Part shown: piece after piece, positions 24,646-37,306 of the stretch
How the letters are laid out: the number at the start of each line of letters is the position of its first letter
How positions within the stretch are numbered: the first letter of the stretch is position 1
DNA from: Octopus bimaculoides
Lineage: Eukaryota
Direction: 5' to 3'
DNA: 55,783 nt
Assembly: GCF_001194135.2 (NCBI RefSeq)
Contig: NC_068985.1
Coordinates: 84,520,194-84,575,976, forward strand
Made by a program: the position numbers and the translations under genes
The notes under the pieces: model-generated
The model's input: only the letters and a program-made list of their open reading frames with translations
Database searches by the model: none
Told to the model about the DNA's origin: nothing

Positions 24646-25389
24646 TAACAGTGAAGAAGATGACATAATAATAGTGATGATGATGGAGGGAGTGGTGTTG
24701 ATGGACTTTCTGGCTCAGTGATTTAGCACTTCTCCCAGCTGAAACCCCTATTTTCTGGAATACTGATTTCTAACACTGGTTCCTCACCCCCAACAAATTT
24801 GTGGGAGAATGATGGTGGAGTGGAAAAGGGTTTCAGTGACACCATCAAACCCATTATTTGTCTGATAATTATTTTAATGACCCACCACCACCACCACCAC
24901 TACATATACACATACACAAGTATGAAGTGTAAAGGTGACCTTGTCAGAGGTTTGACTTGAACTAGGAACATAAAGATACATAACTAGATAATTTTGTATA
25001 TCACACTACCACCCTACACACAGTAATCATTCACACATTGTTTACCCTTTAAAGGAAAATTAAAAAATACTTCCTGCTCCAACTACAAAAAAAAAAATTT
25101 TTTTTAATCATATAGAAATTTTCTTGTCAAGATTTTTTTACTCTTAATCTGTTTGGTGGCAAGTAAATCAAAGAAACCAAATACTTATGATTATCGTTTA
25201 TAGATTTATATATTTTTGTTGTTTTTCTACACTTTTCATCCTATACCTACTTTCAAATTGATAAATGTTGGTTGTTAAATAGAGCGTTTAACAATATGGT
25301 CCACAGCATTTTTTTTTTTACAAAAGTCTTAGAATCAGAAATATATAAAAGAAATATATATATATGTATGTATGTATACATACACACAC

Positions 25390-25425
<36 letters not shown>

Positions 25426-25545
25426 GTATGTATGTGTATACTTATATATCAATAATGTTATATATAGGTATATGCACACATGCAGTGACACATTGCATGT
25501 TTACATATATTTCTTATATTATCAATATTATATATGTTATAATAT

Positions 25546-25589
<44 letters not shown>

Positions 25590-25698
25590 GTGTTTGTGTG
25601 TGTGTATGCATATGCACCTATACTTGTGTGTGTAAAACTATCTCAAAATCTGTGTACGTACACCGATGTGTGTGTGTATTGTGTGTTCAATTAAATTT

Positions 25699-25990
25699 CT
25701 GAGATATCTTCTAGAAATAGCGGAAAAAAACAACTTCTTTCCCCACAAAAGATTTTCTTTCCAATCATTTTCTTAATGCTTGCCTAGAAGGCAAATAAAC
25801 TTGATCATATTATATCTATCTATATATATATACATAAATATATTTATACTTATCTTATTATCTATATCTACCAACCCATCTGTCTGTCTCTCCCTCTCTC
25901 TCTTTTTATATATAGATCTATATATGTGTGTGTATGTATGTATGTATGTATGTATGCATGTATGTATGTATGTATGTATGTATATATATA
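25699..25990 (+). repeat. ~300-bp direct duplication, copy 2
   Basis: Offset 2679 bp from copy 1. Confidence 0.9.
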
Positions 25991-26828
25991 TACACACACA
26001 TGTGTGTTTCTTTCTAAACATCAGAAAGCATGAAACATTGCTGAATTTAAGTGTTATATATGGATGACGTGTTATGTATATGATATATGTATAGATTATT
26101 TTCATGCTTATAAAGTTGTTTGTGAGTTTATAGGTATAATGATTTACACACATATGCATATATATGTGTATGTATATATGCCCCTGAGTGTGAGTGTGTG
26201 AGTGTGTATGTATAATAATATATATATATATATAGATAGGTAGATATACATATAGATATGCATGTATCATTGCATGTCACCAGCATCATCATTAGCAGAG
26301 AGTTTAGGTTAACTGCATAATTGCTTATATGTTGAATTGTGCAAATCAATGATTTGCTTATTGTTGATGAAAGGGAAGCAAAGACGAATAGGAAACAGTT
26401 GAAAGATCAAAACCATTATAGTAGTTTACCAATTTTTTGCATCATGCTAGAATGCTCTCTGTGATGCAGCAAATTTCGTTATTCTCATACAGTGTTTAAA
26501 ATAGTTTGATGTTTTCAAGGGCTTCTATTCACTTGTGAAAGAATGTATTCTTGAAGAAACTTTGACATATTCTTTGAGGCTTTTATTTGTTTTTCAGTTT
26601 GGTTTTACTGTGACCATACTGGAGCACCACTGTTTTGAAGGGGGTTTTTAATGAGCACACATTAACATTAGTACTTTTTTTTTTTACTTTTTCAAAATCT
26701 GCTGCTTATTTTAACAATCTCTATTTTTAATTCTTATGTAACCCTTGACATACAGAGATTTATCCAAAGCATTGCGAGTGAATTTGGTAGAGAGAAACTA
26801 AAAAAGCCTATTGTATGTCCATGTGCGC

Positions 26829-26860
<32 letters not shown>

Positions 26861-27159
26861 GTGCTTTGACACCCAGCACTGTGAGGGAGTCATCCCCAGA
26901 GTGTTGTGCCAAAGCAAACCAGCAAACCACATAGAGTGAGTATGCGCAGTCAATAATATATATATAATCAACAGAATGAGATAAAAAAATCCAAGGCTGT
27001 GAATAGTTTTCAGAACATTTATAAAGAGAAGATCTCTTTATAAATGTTAGATTCCTCATTCGTATCATTATTGAACCTGGAGCTTAACTATAGTCTGTCC
27101 ATAGCACTTGCTCAGCATTATCTGACACATTTGGGTCTTCTTGACACCAATACCTCTCA

Positions 27160-27197
<38 letters not shown>

Positions 27198-27500
27198 TAC
27201 AGACAAGAATGTAATATATCAAATGCAGGATAGATGTTAAAACAGCAGAGAGGTTGCATATTTTACTCTTATATGATGGAGAAAGTTGTCAGCAGACAGC
27301 CACAGGACTTGAACCCACACCTCTCAGATACTGGCTGAATGCAAAATACCCAGTCTTTTTGCTGTTTCCATGGCTATACTGCATTTGAAATACTACTTTC
27401 TTGACTGTTTGATACGATACACATTTGAGACATCCAACAGCAAAAAGTTTGTTTACACACACACTCACACAAATGTGCACGCACATGCACACACACAAAT

Positions 27501-27603
<103 letters not shown>

Positions 27604-27619
27604 AATACATATGCTTTAT

Positions 27620-28017
27620 CTTCTATCTTTTACTTGTTTCAGTCATTAGACTGTGGCCAAGCTGGGGCACCACCTTGAATCTTTATTTGAATGAATCGAC
27701 CCCAGTACTTATCTTTTAAGCCTGGTACTTGTTCTATTGGTGTCTTTTGCCAAACTGCTAAGTTGCAAGGATGTAAACACACCAACACCAGTTGTCAAGT
27801 GGTGATGGGAGGCGGTAAACACAAAGACACACACACACATACATATATACACACACACAATGGCTTTCTTTTAGTTTCTGTCTACCAAATCCACTCACAA
27901 GCTTTGGTTGACCCGAGGCTATAGTAGAATACGTTTGGCCAAGGTGTCACACAGTGGGACTGAACCCAGAACTATGTGATTGGGAAGCAAGCTTCTTACC
28001 ACACAGCCATGCCTGTA
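27620..28017 (-). mobile_element. SINE group A, full length
   Basis: Tail TTTTACTTGTTTCAGTCAT through head CTTACCACACAGCCATGCCTG. Confidence 0.9.
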
Positions 28018-28029
28018 TAAAAATATCAG

Positions 28030-28312
28030 TGTACATATGTATGTGTATGTGTGTGCATTTGTGTTCTTCTGTCTTAGCATCATGCAATATATTCTTAAAT
28101 GAGCATTGCTATTCTGAAAGCAGTGCCATTCATTTCCAATCTCTCATGAAAACATGTCTGGCCATAGAGAAATATTATCTTGGTTGGAAACTGATGCTGT
28201 TTGGCAACAGGAAGAGCATCCAATGCATCTGGCCATAAAAAATATACCCTAATGAAGTCCACCCTTGCAAGCACTGAAAAGTAGACATGATGATGATGAT
28301 GATGATGATGAA
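28030..28312 (+). mobile_element. 3' half of the SINE variant with RTE-type tail
   Basis: GGAAAC..GTTTGGCAACAGGAAGAGCATCC..GCAAGCACTGAAAAGTAGACAT(GAT)n; related to 7885-8320. Confidence 0.6.
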
Positions 28313-28423
28313 GACCATCGTTTTGATAGCAGAACCCTGAGAATCATTAAGAACATCAGATGGTACCATCACATTTCCAAAAAAAAAAAACTTCATGCAT
28401 ACACACATTAACCCACAGCCTCC

Positions 28424-28763
28424 CTCCTCATAGTTACCTGTAGTATGTGCTGGTAAGGACATGTCCTCCACCTCCTGCTAGATCATCCTACCAGAGCTTT
28501 ATTCTCATCTGATGCAGTAGCTGCAGGCTGGGAGAGGCCTCATTGCAAGCTCCACACCAGATGGCTGGATGTGATTCGGGATAATCTGTAGAGGTTCAAC
28601 GTCACCCTGGATGATGATGCAGAGGAGCTGGCACAGGACCACCAGCATTGGAGAGCAGTGGTGGACCTGGCCAACTCTATGCATGATGATGTTCTCTGGG
28701 ACTACTTACCTGGGATGACCCCAGTCTCATCAAGCAAGAACATCAAGTGAGCAAGTGAGCAAG
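28424..28763 (+). mobile_element. RTE-clade LINE 3' fragment (third lineage)
   Basis: Single frame with stops: W*GHVLHL..HPTRAL..AGWERPHCKLHTRWLDVIRDNL..AEELAQDHQHWRAVV; tail (CAAGTGAG)n. Confidence 0.82.
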
Positions 28764-28920
28764 TCAGTCTCTCCTTGGTGACTCTCTTTTCCTTGCACCT
28801 TCTATTTTTCCAAGCCTGATTGTATTTGCGAGTGACTTAATCATTCTACCAATATGACCAAACCACTGCATTTTTCTTCTCCTTCTTGCTGTTTCTTTAA
28901 ATCTTTCTCTCCTCTCAATC
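28764..28920 (-). mobile_element. RTE-clade LINE fragment (fourth lineage), abutting the previous one
   Basis: RRRKMQWFGHIGRMIKSLANTIRLGKIEGARKRESPRR matches the RTE post-RT motif WFGH...G+EG.R.RG.PR. Confidence 0.78.
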
Positions 28921-29842
28921 TTGGAAAGACTTACTTCAGTTTGTGTTGGCAAAGCAACGTTTGCTGTCAGTGTAGAGGCCTATACAACAATGATGCTCTT
29001 GAACACCACAACTGCATTTGAGGACACTGATCACTAATGTTGTCCAAGTTCTGTTGTTTTTTTTTGTCCACTCTTCTTCAGCAACAAACCTCACCCTCTT
29101 TTCTCCTCTTTTTGTGCCACTCCCACCTAGTTCCAGCTCACAGTGCAAGCAATTACTAGTAATGTTTTTGCTAGTAATACCCTTCCATTGCTCGACATAA
29201 GTATTCAGTAACTTTGTGTCTCTACACACACATACATACAAGATTAAGTGTGTGTGTGCATGCATGTGTATGTGTACACATTTTCTGAACTACATCCGAT
29301 TAATATTATCCCTTCACCATAGACTCCGAGAAATAGAAAGTTGATTAAAAATTTGTCCCAGTGTGAAAATAATACGAACCATTTTTACTAGGGCTGTAAT
29401 TTTACTTGTCATAGAAGCATGATTTTTAAAGCTGCACATGGCTCCACACATGCTATATGTTAGAAACGTGGTCCTGTTTTCTAAATTTATGTGCTCAATA
29501 TCGTTAAATTTAGACATAAATACATATAATGCATTTTGGAGTGTACAACCAGTATTCATTAGTGAAAATAATTAAGTTTAAGTTTTTTTTTCCCCTTGAA
29601 TTTTATGTAGATATACATGTACGTGCATGTGTATGCAGACAATGATAGTGAGAGCCAAGATTCAATAGATTGAGTGATACACACACATGTACATATATAT
29701 ATACACACACATGCATGCACACATAGACAATCATATATACATATACCTCTTTGTGCACATATGTACGCTTGCATGTGTTTGTATTTTTGTGAGTGCATGT
29801 TTATATATGTGTATGTGTATATATGTTTGTATACATTTTTTT

Positions 29843-29878
<36 letters not shown>

Positions 29879-29910
29879 GGTATGTATGTATACATATATA
29901 TATCTATCTA

Positions 29911-29997
<87 letters not shown>

Positions 29998-30164
29998 TAC
30001 ATACATAGATACTCACACATACATATATACATAAATACATACATACATATACACATACGTGCATACATAACAATTATTCATGATGTTAAATAAAATTATT
30101 TTCTGAAATAAATCAAGATATATTTTGTGAGTAACCTCATTTAGCAGAAGGTCTGAAATGCAGT

Positions 30165-30183
30165 CAGTGCCATCTGCCGGCCA
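30165..30183 (-). promoter_or_regulatory. CTCF-like motif (also contains an E-box)
   Basis: TGGCCGGCAGATGGCACTG matches CCASYAGRKGGCRS at 13/14 positions; motif match only. Confidence 0.3.
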
Positions 30184-31052
30184 GTTTGACCTAGCGTGTT
30201 CCCTTCAAGTTTATTTATCATCATCATCACCATCATCATCATTATTGTCATCATCGTCATTGTCGTAGTCATTGTTATTATTATTTAGGGCATTGTAGGC
30301 CAGATGTTTCCTTCCTTGTTTCTTGTATTGTGAATGAGAAGTTGGCCAACTGGAAAAACACCAAAAAAAAAAAAAAAATGCCAAAAAAGGTTACTTGCTG
30401 CTACTGCTGATGATGATGATGATGTTATAAATAAGAATCCAAGAAATATAATATAAATAAGAATGATGATAATAACAGCCATGATGATGATAATGGAGAT
30501 GATGGTGGTGGTGTCAGCAGCAGTGGTGGTGGCAGCAGCGGCGGCGGTGGTGGTGGTGGTCGTCGTCATCGTCATCGTCGTTGTCGTTGTTGTTGTCATT
30601 GTGGTGGTCATGGCGATGGTGACAGTGGGGGGGGAATAACCGTAATAATTAATAAAGGGTGGAAATAATTTTAACCACAGTGACAATAACAGTAAATTTT
30701 TTTTTTTTTTTTACTATGACAGCAATGTTTAAGGCAACAACATTGATAATGGTGGACCTGTTTGTGATGACAGTGGTGGTAGTGGCTGAGGGTTGTAATG
30801 GTGGTGATGGTGGTGGGGAGGATGATAATGATGAACAACTGGCTCCATGTCAGACCATTATTATCATAAGAAGCTGGGCAAATTGGACAGCCCATCGACC
30901 CCACTCCCCACTGGTCTGTCCCACCTAGCCTTCCTCCCTCCTACAACCACCCACTATAAACTATTTCTGTTTCATATAATATATTTTCTTTCATTAATTT
31001 TTTATTTCCTCATTCACTCTCCTTTTATATAGATAGATAGATAGATATATAG

Positions 31053-31236
31053 ATGGACAGATACATACATATATATAAGCACACATACACACACATGTAC
31101 ATAAATATGTGCATATATACATACACACACATATATGCATATACATGGACAGATACATACATATATATAAGCACACATACACACACATGTACATAAATAT
31201 GTGCATATATACATGCACACACATATATGCATATAC
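31053..31236 (+). repeat. Two tandem 92-bp units running into an N gap
   Basis: ATGGACAGATACATAC... starts at 31053 and 31145, nearly identical. Confidence 0.85.
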
Positions 31237-32214
31237 ATATATGNNNNNNNNNNNNNNNNNNNNNNNNNNNNNNNNNNNNNNNNNNNNNNNNNNNNNNNNN
31301 NNNNNNNNNNNNNNNNNNNNNNNNNNNNNNNNNNNNNNNNNNNNNNNNNNNNNNNNNNNNNNNNNNNNNNNNNNNNNNNNNNNNNNNNNNNNNNNNNNNN
31401 NNNNNNNNNNNNNNNNNNNNNNNNNNNNNNNNNNNNNNNNNNNNNNNNNNNNNNNNNNNNNNNNNNNNNNNNNNNNNNNNNNNNNNNNNNNNNNNNNNNN
31501 NNNNNNNNNNNNNNNNNNNNNNNNNNNNNNNNNNNNNNNNNNNNNNNNNNNNNNNNNNNNNNNNNNNNNNNNNNNNNNNNNNNNNNNNNNNNNNNNNNNN
31601 NNNNNNNNNNNNNNNNNNNNNNNNNNNNNNNNNNNNNNNNNNNNNNNNNNNNNNNNNNNNNNNNNNNNNNNNNNNNNNNNNNNNNNNNNNNNNNNNNNNN
31701 NNNNNNNNNNNNNNNNNNNNNNNNNNNNNNNNNNNNNNNNNNNNNNNNNNNNNNNNNNNNNNNNNNNNNNNNNNNNNNNNNNNNNNNNNNNNNNNNNNNN
31801 NNNAAAAAATAAAACCTTTTTATTTTTCTTTCATAAACCTAGTTTCCCTATTTTCAGCTCTAATTTTATTTATCTTATTTTTCTTTTGGAATAATCATTG
31901 AAGAATTAAGGAGTTTTGCCAGCCATTTACCAACTAAATAATTTGTTACTTTTCTCCAGTTAGAGCTCACATTACTCTCCTACATCCATCTCACTACCAC
32001 CAAATCTTTCAATGCCTGTCCCTCTATCATAAATTCTGCTTCTCTTCTCTCTATTGTTGAATTTTTTTTAATGATTTTTTTATTTGGTGGGTATTTTTGT
32101 GTTTTTTTATTTTTGGCTTTCTTTTCAAATCTTATTAAATAAAAAGGAAGAAAGAAAAAAATAAAAGACAAAATGTCAATAATTGGATAATGATAATCAT
32201 CTGGTTGAGCTTGC

Positions 32215-33130
32215 TCGGACATTTTTAACCTGCACATGCCATCTATCTCAGTCCTGTATTAGTTGAGGGAGTTCTTCAGGGAGGCATCCAGGATCTCTGG
32301 TAAGTTGATCTATATACATTGTGTTCAGATGACCTGGTTGAGTATGGCCATGTTTGGGTATCCATAGCAGTAGGTTACTTGCCAGCTCTTGTTTAACTTA
32401 CCAGCAATGTCCTGCAAAGTGCAAGCAAATTTCCCTTAAAATGGTGGAAACAGGCAGATCTCCATACAGTTGTTTCTTGGTGAGATGAGTTCTCCAAGAT
32501 GTTTAGCACCCCTCTTAACATTTGACTGTAAGTTCCATCTAGCCTGGATTTCAGTTTTTTTTTTTTTTGGTCTTTGTAAGCAACCAGGTTATTGCACCAT
32601 GTAAAAGGAATGACTCTACTGATGCATGGAAAAAATTTCTCTTAAGTTTGTCAAACTAGGTTGATTTCCCCTGAAAATCTTCCCGAAGAGATTACACATG
32701 TTGTCCTTGTGATTACCCAGAAGTGTTCCCAGACCATCATCACCTATATCTTCTACTAACCCACCCTTAGACTGTGAGGATTCATTTTTCTCTATTCATA
32801 TAATCTAGTTGGTTGAATACAGTGAGGTCTTGGCAACATTTTAGATACCTGTGTTTCACCCAAGACTGTGCAACTCAGTCAAATTGATAACATAAGGAAA
32901 TTCTTGTAACCTGACTAATAGCCATATGTTCTCTATTGCTGTTATCTAGAAATTTTCGCAGAAGTGTCCTCCTCAATCCTAGCAGATATACCTTTCATTT
33001 TTACAGAAGAAAAGCTTCTAATGTGATGCTTGAAAGTTGCCAGAGTCTCTTTGGTTATAGACTACAGCAGATATGTTCCATTCTTGTAGGTAATTCTGCC
33101 CACATATTTCTACCCAAGGGATATCATAAC
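32215..33130 (-). mobile_element. Heavily decayed RTE-clade LINE (fifth lineage)
   Basis: With frameshifts: KRNFFHASVESFLLHGAITWLLTK, RLDGTYSQMLR, KQLYGDLP, LHFAGHCW, LLLWIPKHG, YIDQL. Region above about 32700 is much less certain. Confidence 0.78.
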
Positions 33131-33562
33131 CAGTATTTTATGAGCTTCTGTATATGTATGGTATCATTTGCATTTGAGGGATGTCTTATAAAAATGGAAA
33201 TTTATTTTCGAATTCCTCTGTGTTTCAAAATGAACCAAAATATATTTATTCATTTTCTGTATTATTTTTTTCCTGGTCATTGAGCCTAAATAATGAAAGT
33301 GTGCACTATAAATGGAAACTAAATTTTATTCATTTATGAAAGCAAGTTAGGAATATCAATTGTCAATATATACTTATGTGTAACAAAGAATTAAAATCAT
33401 GGTAATAATGTCACATTTTTCTATGATTAGTGATAATAAATTAAGTGTTCAGAACATTTGGCAGACATCTCATGGAATTAGCTGTCAACCTTCAGAACAG
33501 TAAGCCCAAATATAATGCTTTCTTATAAAAAATTCATTTTAATCATTTTAAAACATTGAATT

Positions 33563-33813
33563 GTGGAGGCACATGGCTTAGTGGTTAGGGTCTTAGCACC
33601 ATGATCGTAAGATTGTGGTTTCGATTCCTGGACCGGGCGACACGTTGTGTACTTGAGCAAAACACTTCATTTCACGTTGCTCCAGTTCACTCAGCTGGCA
33701 AAAATGAGTAATGCTGCGATGGGCTGGCGTTCTGTCCGGCTGTGGAACACATATGCCATTGAAACCAGGAAACCGGGCTCATGAACCTGGCTATGCTTTA
33801 AAAGGGCACATTT
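33563..33813 (+). mobile_element. SINE group C, full length, tail type 2
   Basis: A box TGGCTTAGTGG, B box GGTTTCGATTCC, CORE-like CTTGAGCAAAACACTTCATTTCACGTTGCTCCAG. Confidence 0.85.
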
Positions 33814-33900
33814 ATTATATAAAACATTGAATCAATACATAATGAAGAGGGATACAGCATTAATGCTTCATTATCAAAGTCAGAACGTAAAACAATGAAA

Positions 33901-34250
33901 ACAAGAACAATCAGAGAGTGTAAACCTCCGCCAAAGCAACACCAGTGTCCTCTCAATGATTTGCTGGAGATGATTTTTAAAGTGAGAATATCTGAAATAA
34001 ACTCGACTGCTCTCACAAACGCGAATACCAAAAATTAACCTGACCTTTCACAAAAATTAAGTAAATAAAACAGAATAACAATCCAGAATCCTTGCCCGGT
34101 ATCAGATTCATCCTAAAATTTAATCAGTTTGTGCCAGTCACGAGGCTAAACATCCCTGAAAGTTTCATTTGAATCCGTTCAGTGGTTCTTGAGATATCTT
34201 GTCCACAACTGAAAACAATACCTCTGCCTTAGCAAAGGCAGAGGTAATAA
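33901..34250 (-). mobile_element. Helentron/Helitron-associated (HINE/DINE-1-like) non-autonomous element
   Basis: Perfect 12-bp stem TACCTCTGCCTT-AGCA-AAGGCAGAGGTA (34219-34246) at one end and a related ACCTCCGCC subterminal copy at 33924-33932; family call from recollection. Confidence 0.55.
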
Positions 34251-34351
34251 AAATGTTTGTTCTTGAAACTGTATTTTAATATAATGAACATGTTTAAGGA
34301 GAAGTGTAATGAAAGTGTATACATTCTACATTGTCTACTTATCCTTTGTTG

Positions 34352-34673
34352 AAGGTGCTTGGCATAGTGGTTAGGGTATTCGGCTCATGGTCATAAGGTT
34401 GTGAGTTCAATTCCCAGCAATACACTGTGTCCTTGAGCAAGACACTTTATTTCACATTGCTCCAGTCCTCTCAGCTGGCAAAAATGAGTTGTACCTGTAT
34501 TTCAAAGGGCCAGCCTTGTCATATACTGTATCATGATGAATCTCTCTCAGAACTACATTAAGGGCGCATGTGTTTGTGGAGTGCTCAGCCACTTGCACGT
34601 TAATTTCACAAGCTAGCTGTTCCATTGATCAGATCAACTGGATCCATCATTTTCATAACTGATGGAGTTCCAG
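34352..34673 (+). mobile_element. SINE group C, full length, tail type 3
   Basis: TGGCATAGTGG A box, GAGTTCAATTCC B box, CORE-like block, tail shared with 46568-46938. Confidence 0.85.
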
Positions 34674-34684
34674 TTAGTTATTTT

Positions 34685-34790
34685 GTTGAATTTTCATAAT
34701 ATTCATTGTTCTATGAATAGTGTAAAGGCTGTAAGACATGGCTGCAACAGAGACTGCAGATACATGGCTAGCAGGTGTTTGCAGCACATG
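34685..34790 (+). mobile_element. Short fragment of the maT-like family
   Basis: CTATGAAT..GTAAGACATGG..GCAACAGAGACT.CAGA..CATGG.CAGCAGG aligns with 35395-35470. Confidence 0.7.
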
Positions 34791-35169
34791 CAATTTTCCT
34801 ATCTACTGCAGTAAAGTTAATAACATTTTCACATCCGCTTTTTGGTTTGAGGGTACATAAACTATGATGTTTTCTCAACAGCATTTATAACAAATATGAG
34901 AAAACGATTTTTTTTGTACCTCATAATACTAAACATATTTTTTTCCAAGGTTAGCTGTGCCCATTATACAGAATTTCATTTTATATAGGAATAAATTTTA
35001 TGTTTCTTATTGAAGACGCATTGTAAAGTGTCCTACAGAGCAGCAAAATCTAAAAACAAATTTTCATGTGTACAGTGTCAATGTTTGTATGTGTGTACAC
35101 ACACACACATATGATGCGTGTATGCATATATCATGATCATCACTATACATAAGTTTTTCATTCTTCATA

Positions 35170-36415
35170 CAGGGTGATCGGGCTAAATTTGATGATTTTT
35201 TTGTCTCCTTTCTTTTTTAGGAATAACTTCCTGTATTGGTAAATAGTCAACATCCTTGGAGAGTATAAAGTTTAAGGCTATAATTCAGAAAAAGTTAGCT
35301 GACATGGAAAACTCAAAGACATTTGAATGTTGGGAAAGTGTCATCTGTGTCATGATAGTTCACATTTGATTTCATCATAACTGCTGCTCATTGCTCTATG
35401 AATTCTGTAAATGTTGTAAGAGGTGACATGGACAGTTGCAACAGAGACTACAGACCCATGGCCAGCAGGCGGTGACTTAGTAAGTATTCTGACTGTATCT
35501 GCATGTCAGAATTCACCCAAGCACTGCAGGACAAGGTGATGGAAGATCTGAGCAGAGGGATACAGGTTTTAGTGAGAGATGGGTGATGGAGTTGCCACCA
35601 TGAAGCTGGCCTTGAATGAGGGCCATCACTATCATTTGTACAAGAGGTGCATAGAACAGATTCTGACAGCCAAGATCAAGGAGAGCTGGTTGACAAAGGC
35701 AGAGAAGCTCCTGAACAAGCTGAGGCATCCTATTGAGCCAGGGATGATCTGGTTCTTCTTAGAACCAGTTGCACAACACCCAGAACGATAGGTGGTGGCT
35801 TGCCTAAAATCTATATAATGTCCCATGTATCATGATAATCAAGTTCCCCTAACTATGATGGTCTTTGGGTGTGTCTCCAGTGAGGGTTATGTCATACCAC
35901 ACGACATCTTCGATCAAGGCATGAGGTTCAATTCAGACAGCTATGTGAAGCTGTTAGAGACTGTGGTCAAGCCCAAGCTGGAGCAGGTTGCTGCCAGAAG
36001 GCCATATGTGTGGCAGTAGGATCCAGCTCCTTGCCATACCCCTAGAAAGTGTCAGAAGTGGTTGTCAGAGAATTTCTGCTTTACTAACACAAATTTCTAG
36101 CCCTCTAAGTCTCCTGATTTTAATCTCATGGATTATTATATGCGAGGCATGGTTAAGAAAGACACCAAGGCTGAACTGGTGGCCAAAATCAAGGAGATCT
36201 TCGGAGTGAAGAGATAGAGTGAAGAACATATGTGCTAGGTTCCAGGGTCATCTGGAGGCCATGGTGGATGCTGAGGCTGGCTACTTTCAGTAAACTGTAA
36301 TCTCCCAGTCATAACCTAGTTGATATTTTTTTCCTAAAACATTCTTTATTTAGGATGAGATATTTTATTTTCTTTCCTTTTAATGTAAAATGGCAAATTT
36401 AACTTGAACACTACG
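35170..36415 (+). mobile_element. maT/DD37D-like mariner-type transposon with transposase pseudogene
   Basis: TA-flanked imperfect TIRs (CAGGGTGATCGGGCTAAATTTGA / GCAAATTTAACTTGAACACTACG); KLLNKLRHP, WFF..QLHNTQNDRW (first catalytic D deleted), MVFGCVSSEG, YVWQ*DPAPCHT, SPDFNLMDYY. Confidence 0.9.
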
Positions 36416-36515
36416 TATGTATGCTTGTATTATGTAATTATGTTATTATGTATGTATGTCTGTATGTATGTATGTATGTACGTATGTATGTATGTGCGTA
36501 TACATGTATGTATGG

Positions 36516-36577
<62 letters not shown>

Positions 36578-36993
36578 GTACGTACATACATACATACATA
36601 CATACATACATACATAGACACAGACACANNNNNNNNNNNNNNNNNNNNNNNNNNNNNNNNNNNNNNNNNNNNNNNNNNNNNNNNNNNNNNNNNNNNNNNN
36701 NNNNNNNNNNNNNNNNNNNNNNNNNNNNNNNNNNNNNNNNNNNNNNNNNNNNNNNNNNNNNNNNNNNNNNNNNNNNNNNNNNNNNNNNNNNNNNNNNNNN
36801 NNNNTATAATGTATGGTTATTAGATGTATTAGCTTTCAAATGTGAATGTATTTGCATGTGTGCTTGTGTAATAGATAACTGTATGGGAGGAAGTGTCTGC
36901 AATCTGCACAGGTTTTTGAATTGTCAGGTTAGAGGTTGGGAAAGATATTGTAAAATATATATATAAAAAAAATAAACTCTCTGTAATAACAAG

Positions 36994-37024
<31 letters not shown>

Positions 37025-37263
37025 TTTCCGTTTTCCCTTTTTATATTTACCATTGTTCTTCTGTCTTTTCCTTCTTGTTCTGTTTCTGTCATTCTCTTGA
37101 TTTCTTCCCCTCATATTTTTTCTCTTTGCTTCTTTCACATTTAAATCCATAAACTGAGCTACATTTCCTTCTTACACTGCTCTCTTTCTCTTTTGTCCCC
37201 TTCTCGTATCCTCCCTATAGCAAATTCAATGATAGGAGAGTGGGCCATACAAGGAAATGGCCC

Positions 37264-37306
<43 letters not shown>

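Noticed and set aside
26861-26935. Possible 75-nt cassette exon ending in GTGAGT (CFDTQHCEGVIPRVLCQSKPANHI)
   Set aside because: The acceptor is only (TA)n-AG with no pyrimidine tract; the open frame does not match the phase-0 FUZ intron (phase 0 hits TGA at codon 3); no homology recognised.
28936-29265. Minus-strand ORF containing KRVRF (PP1-docking-like)
   Set aside because: Short motif expected by chance; begins in a microsatellite; weak splice context.
34940-34956. AG|GT juxtapositions as recursive splice sites (also 53404, 18308)
   Set aside because: Acceptors are AAG or the regenerated donors are non-consensus; insufficient without RNA data.
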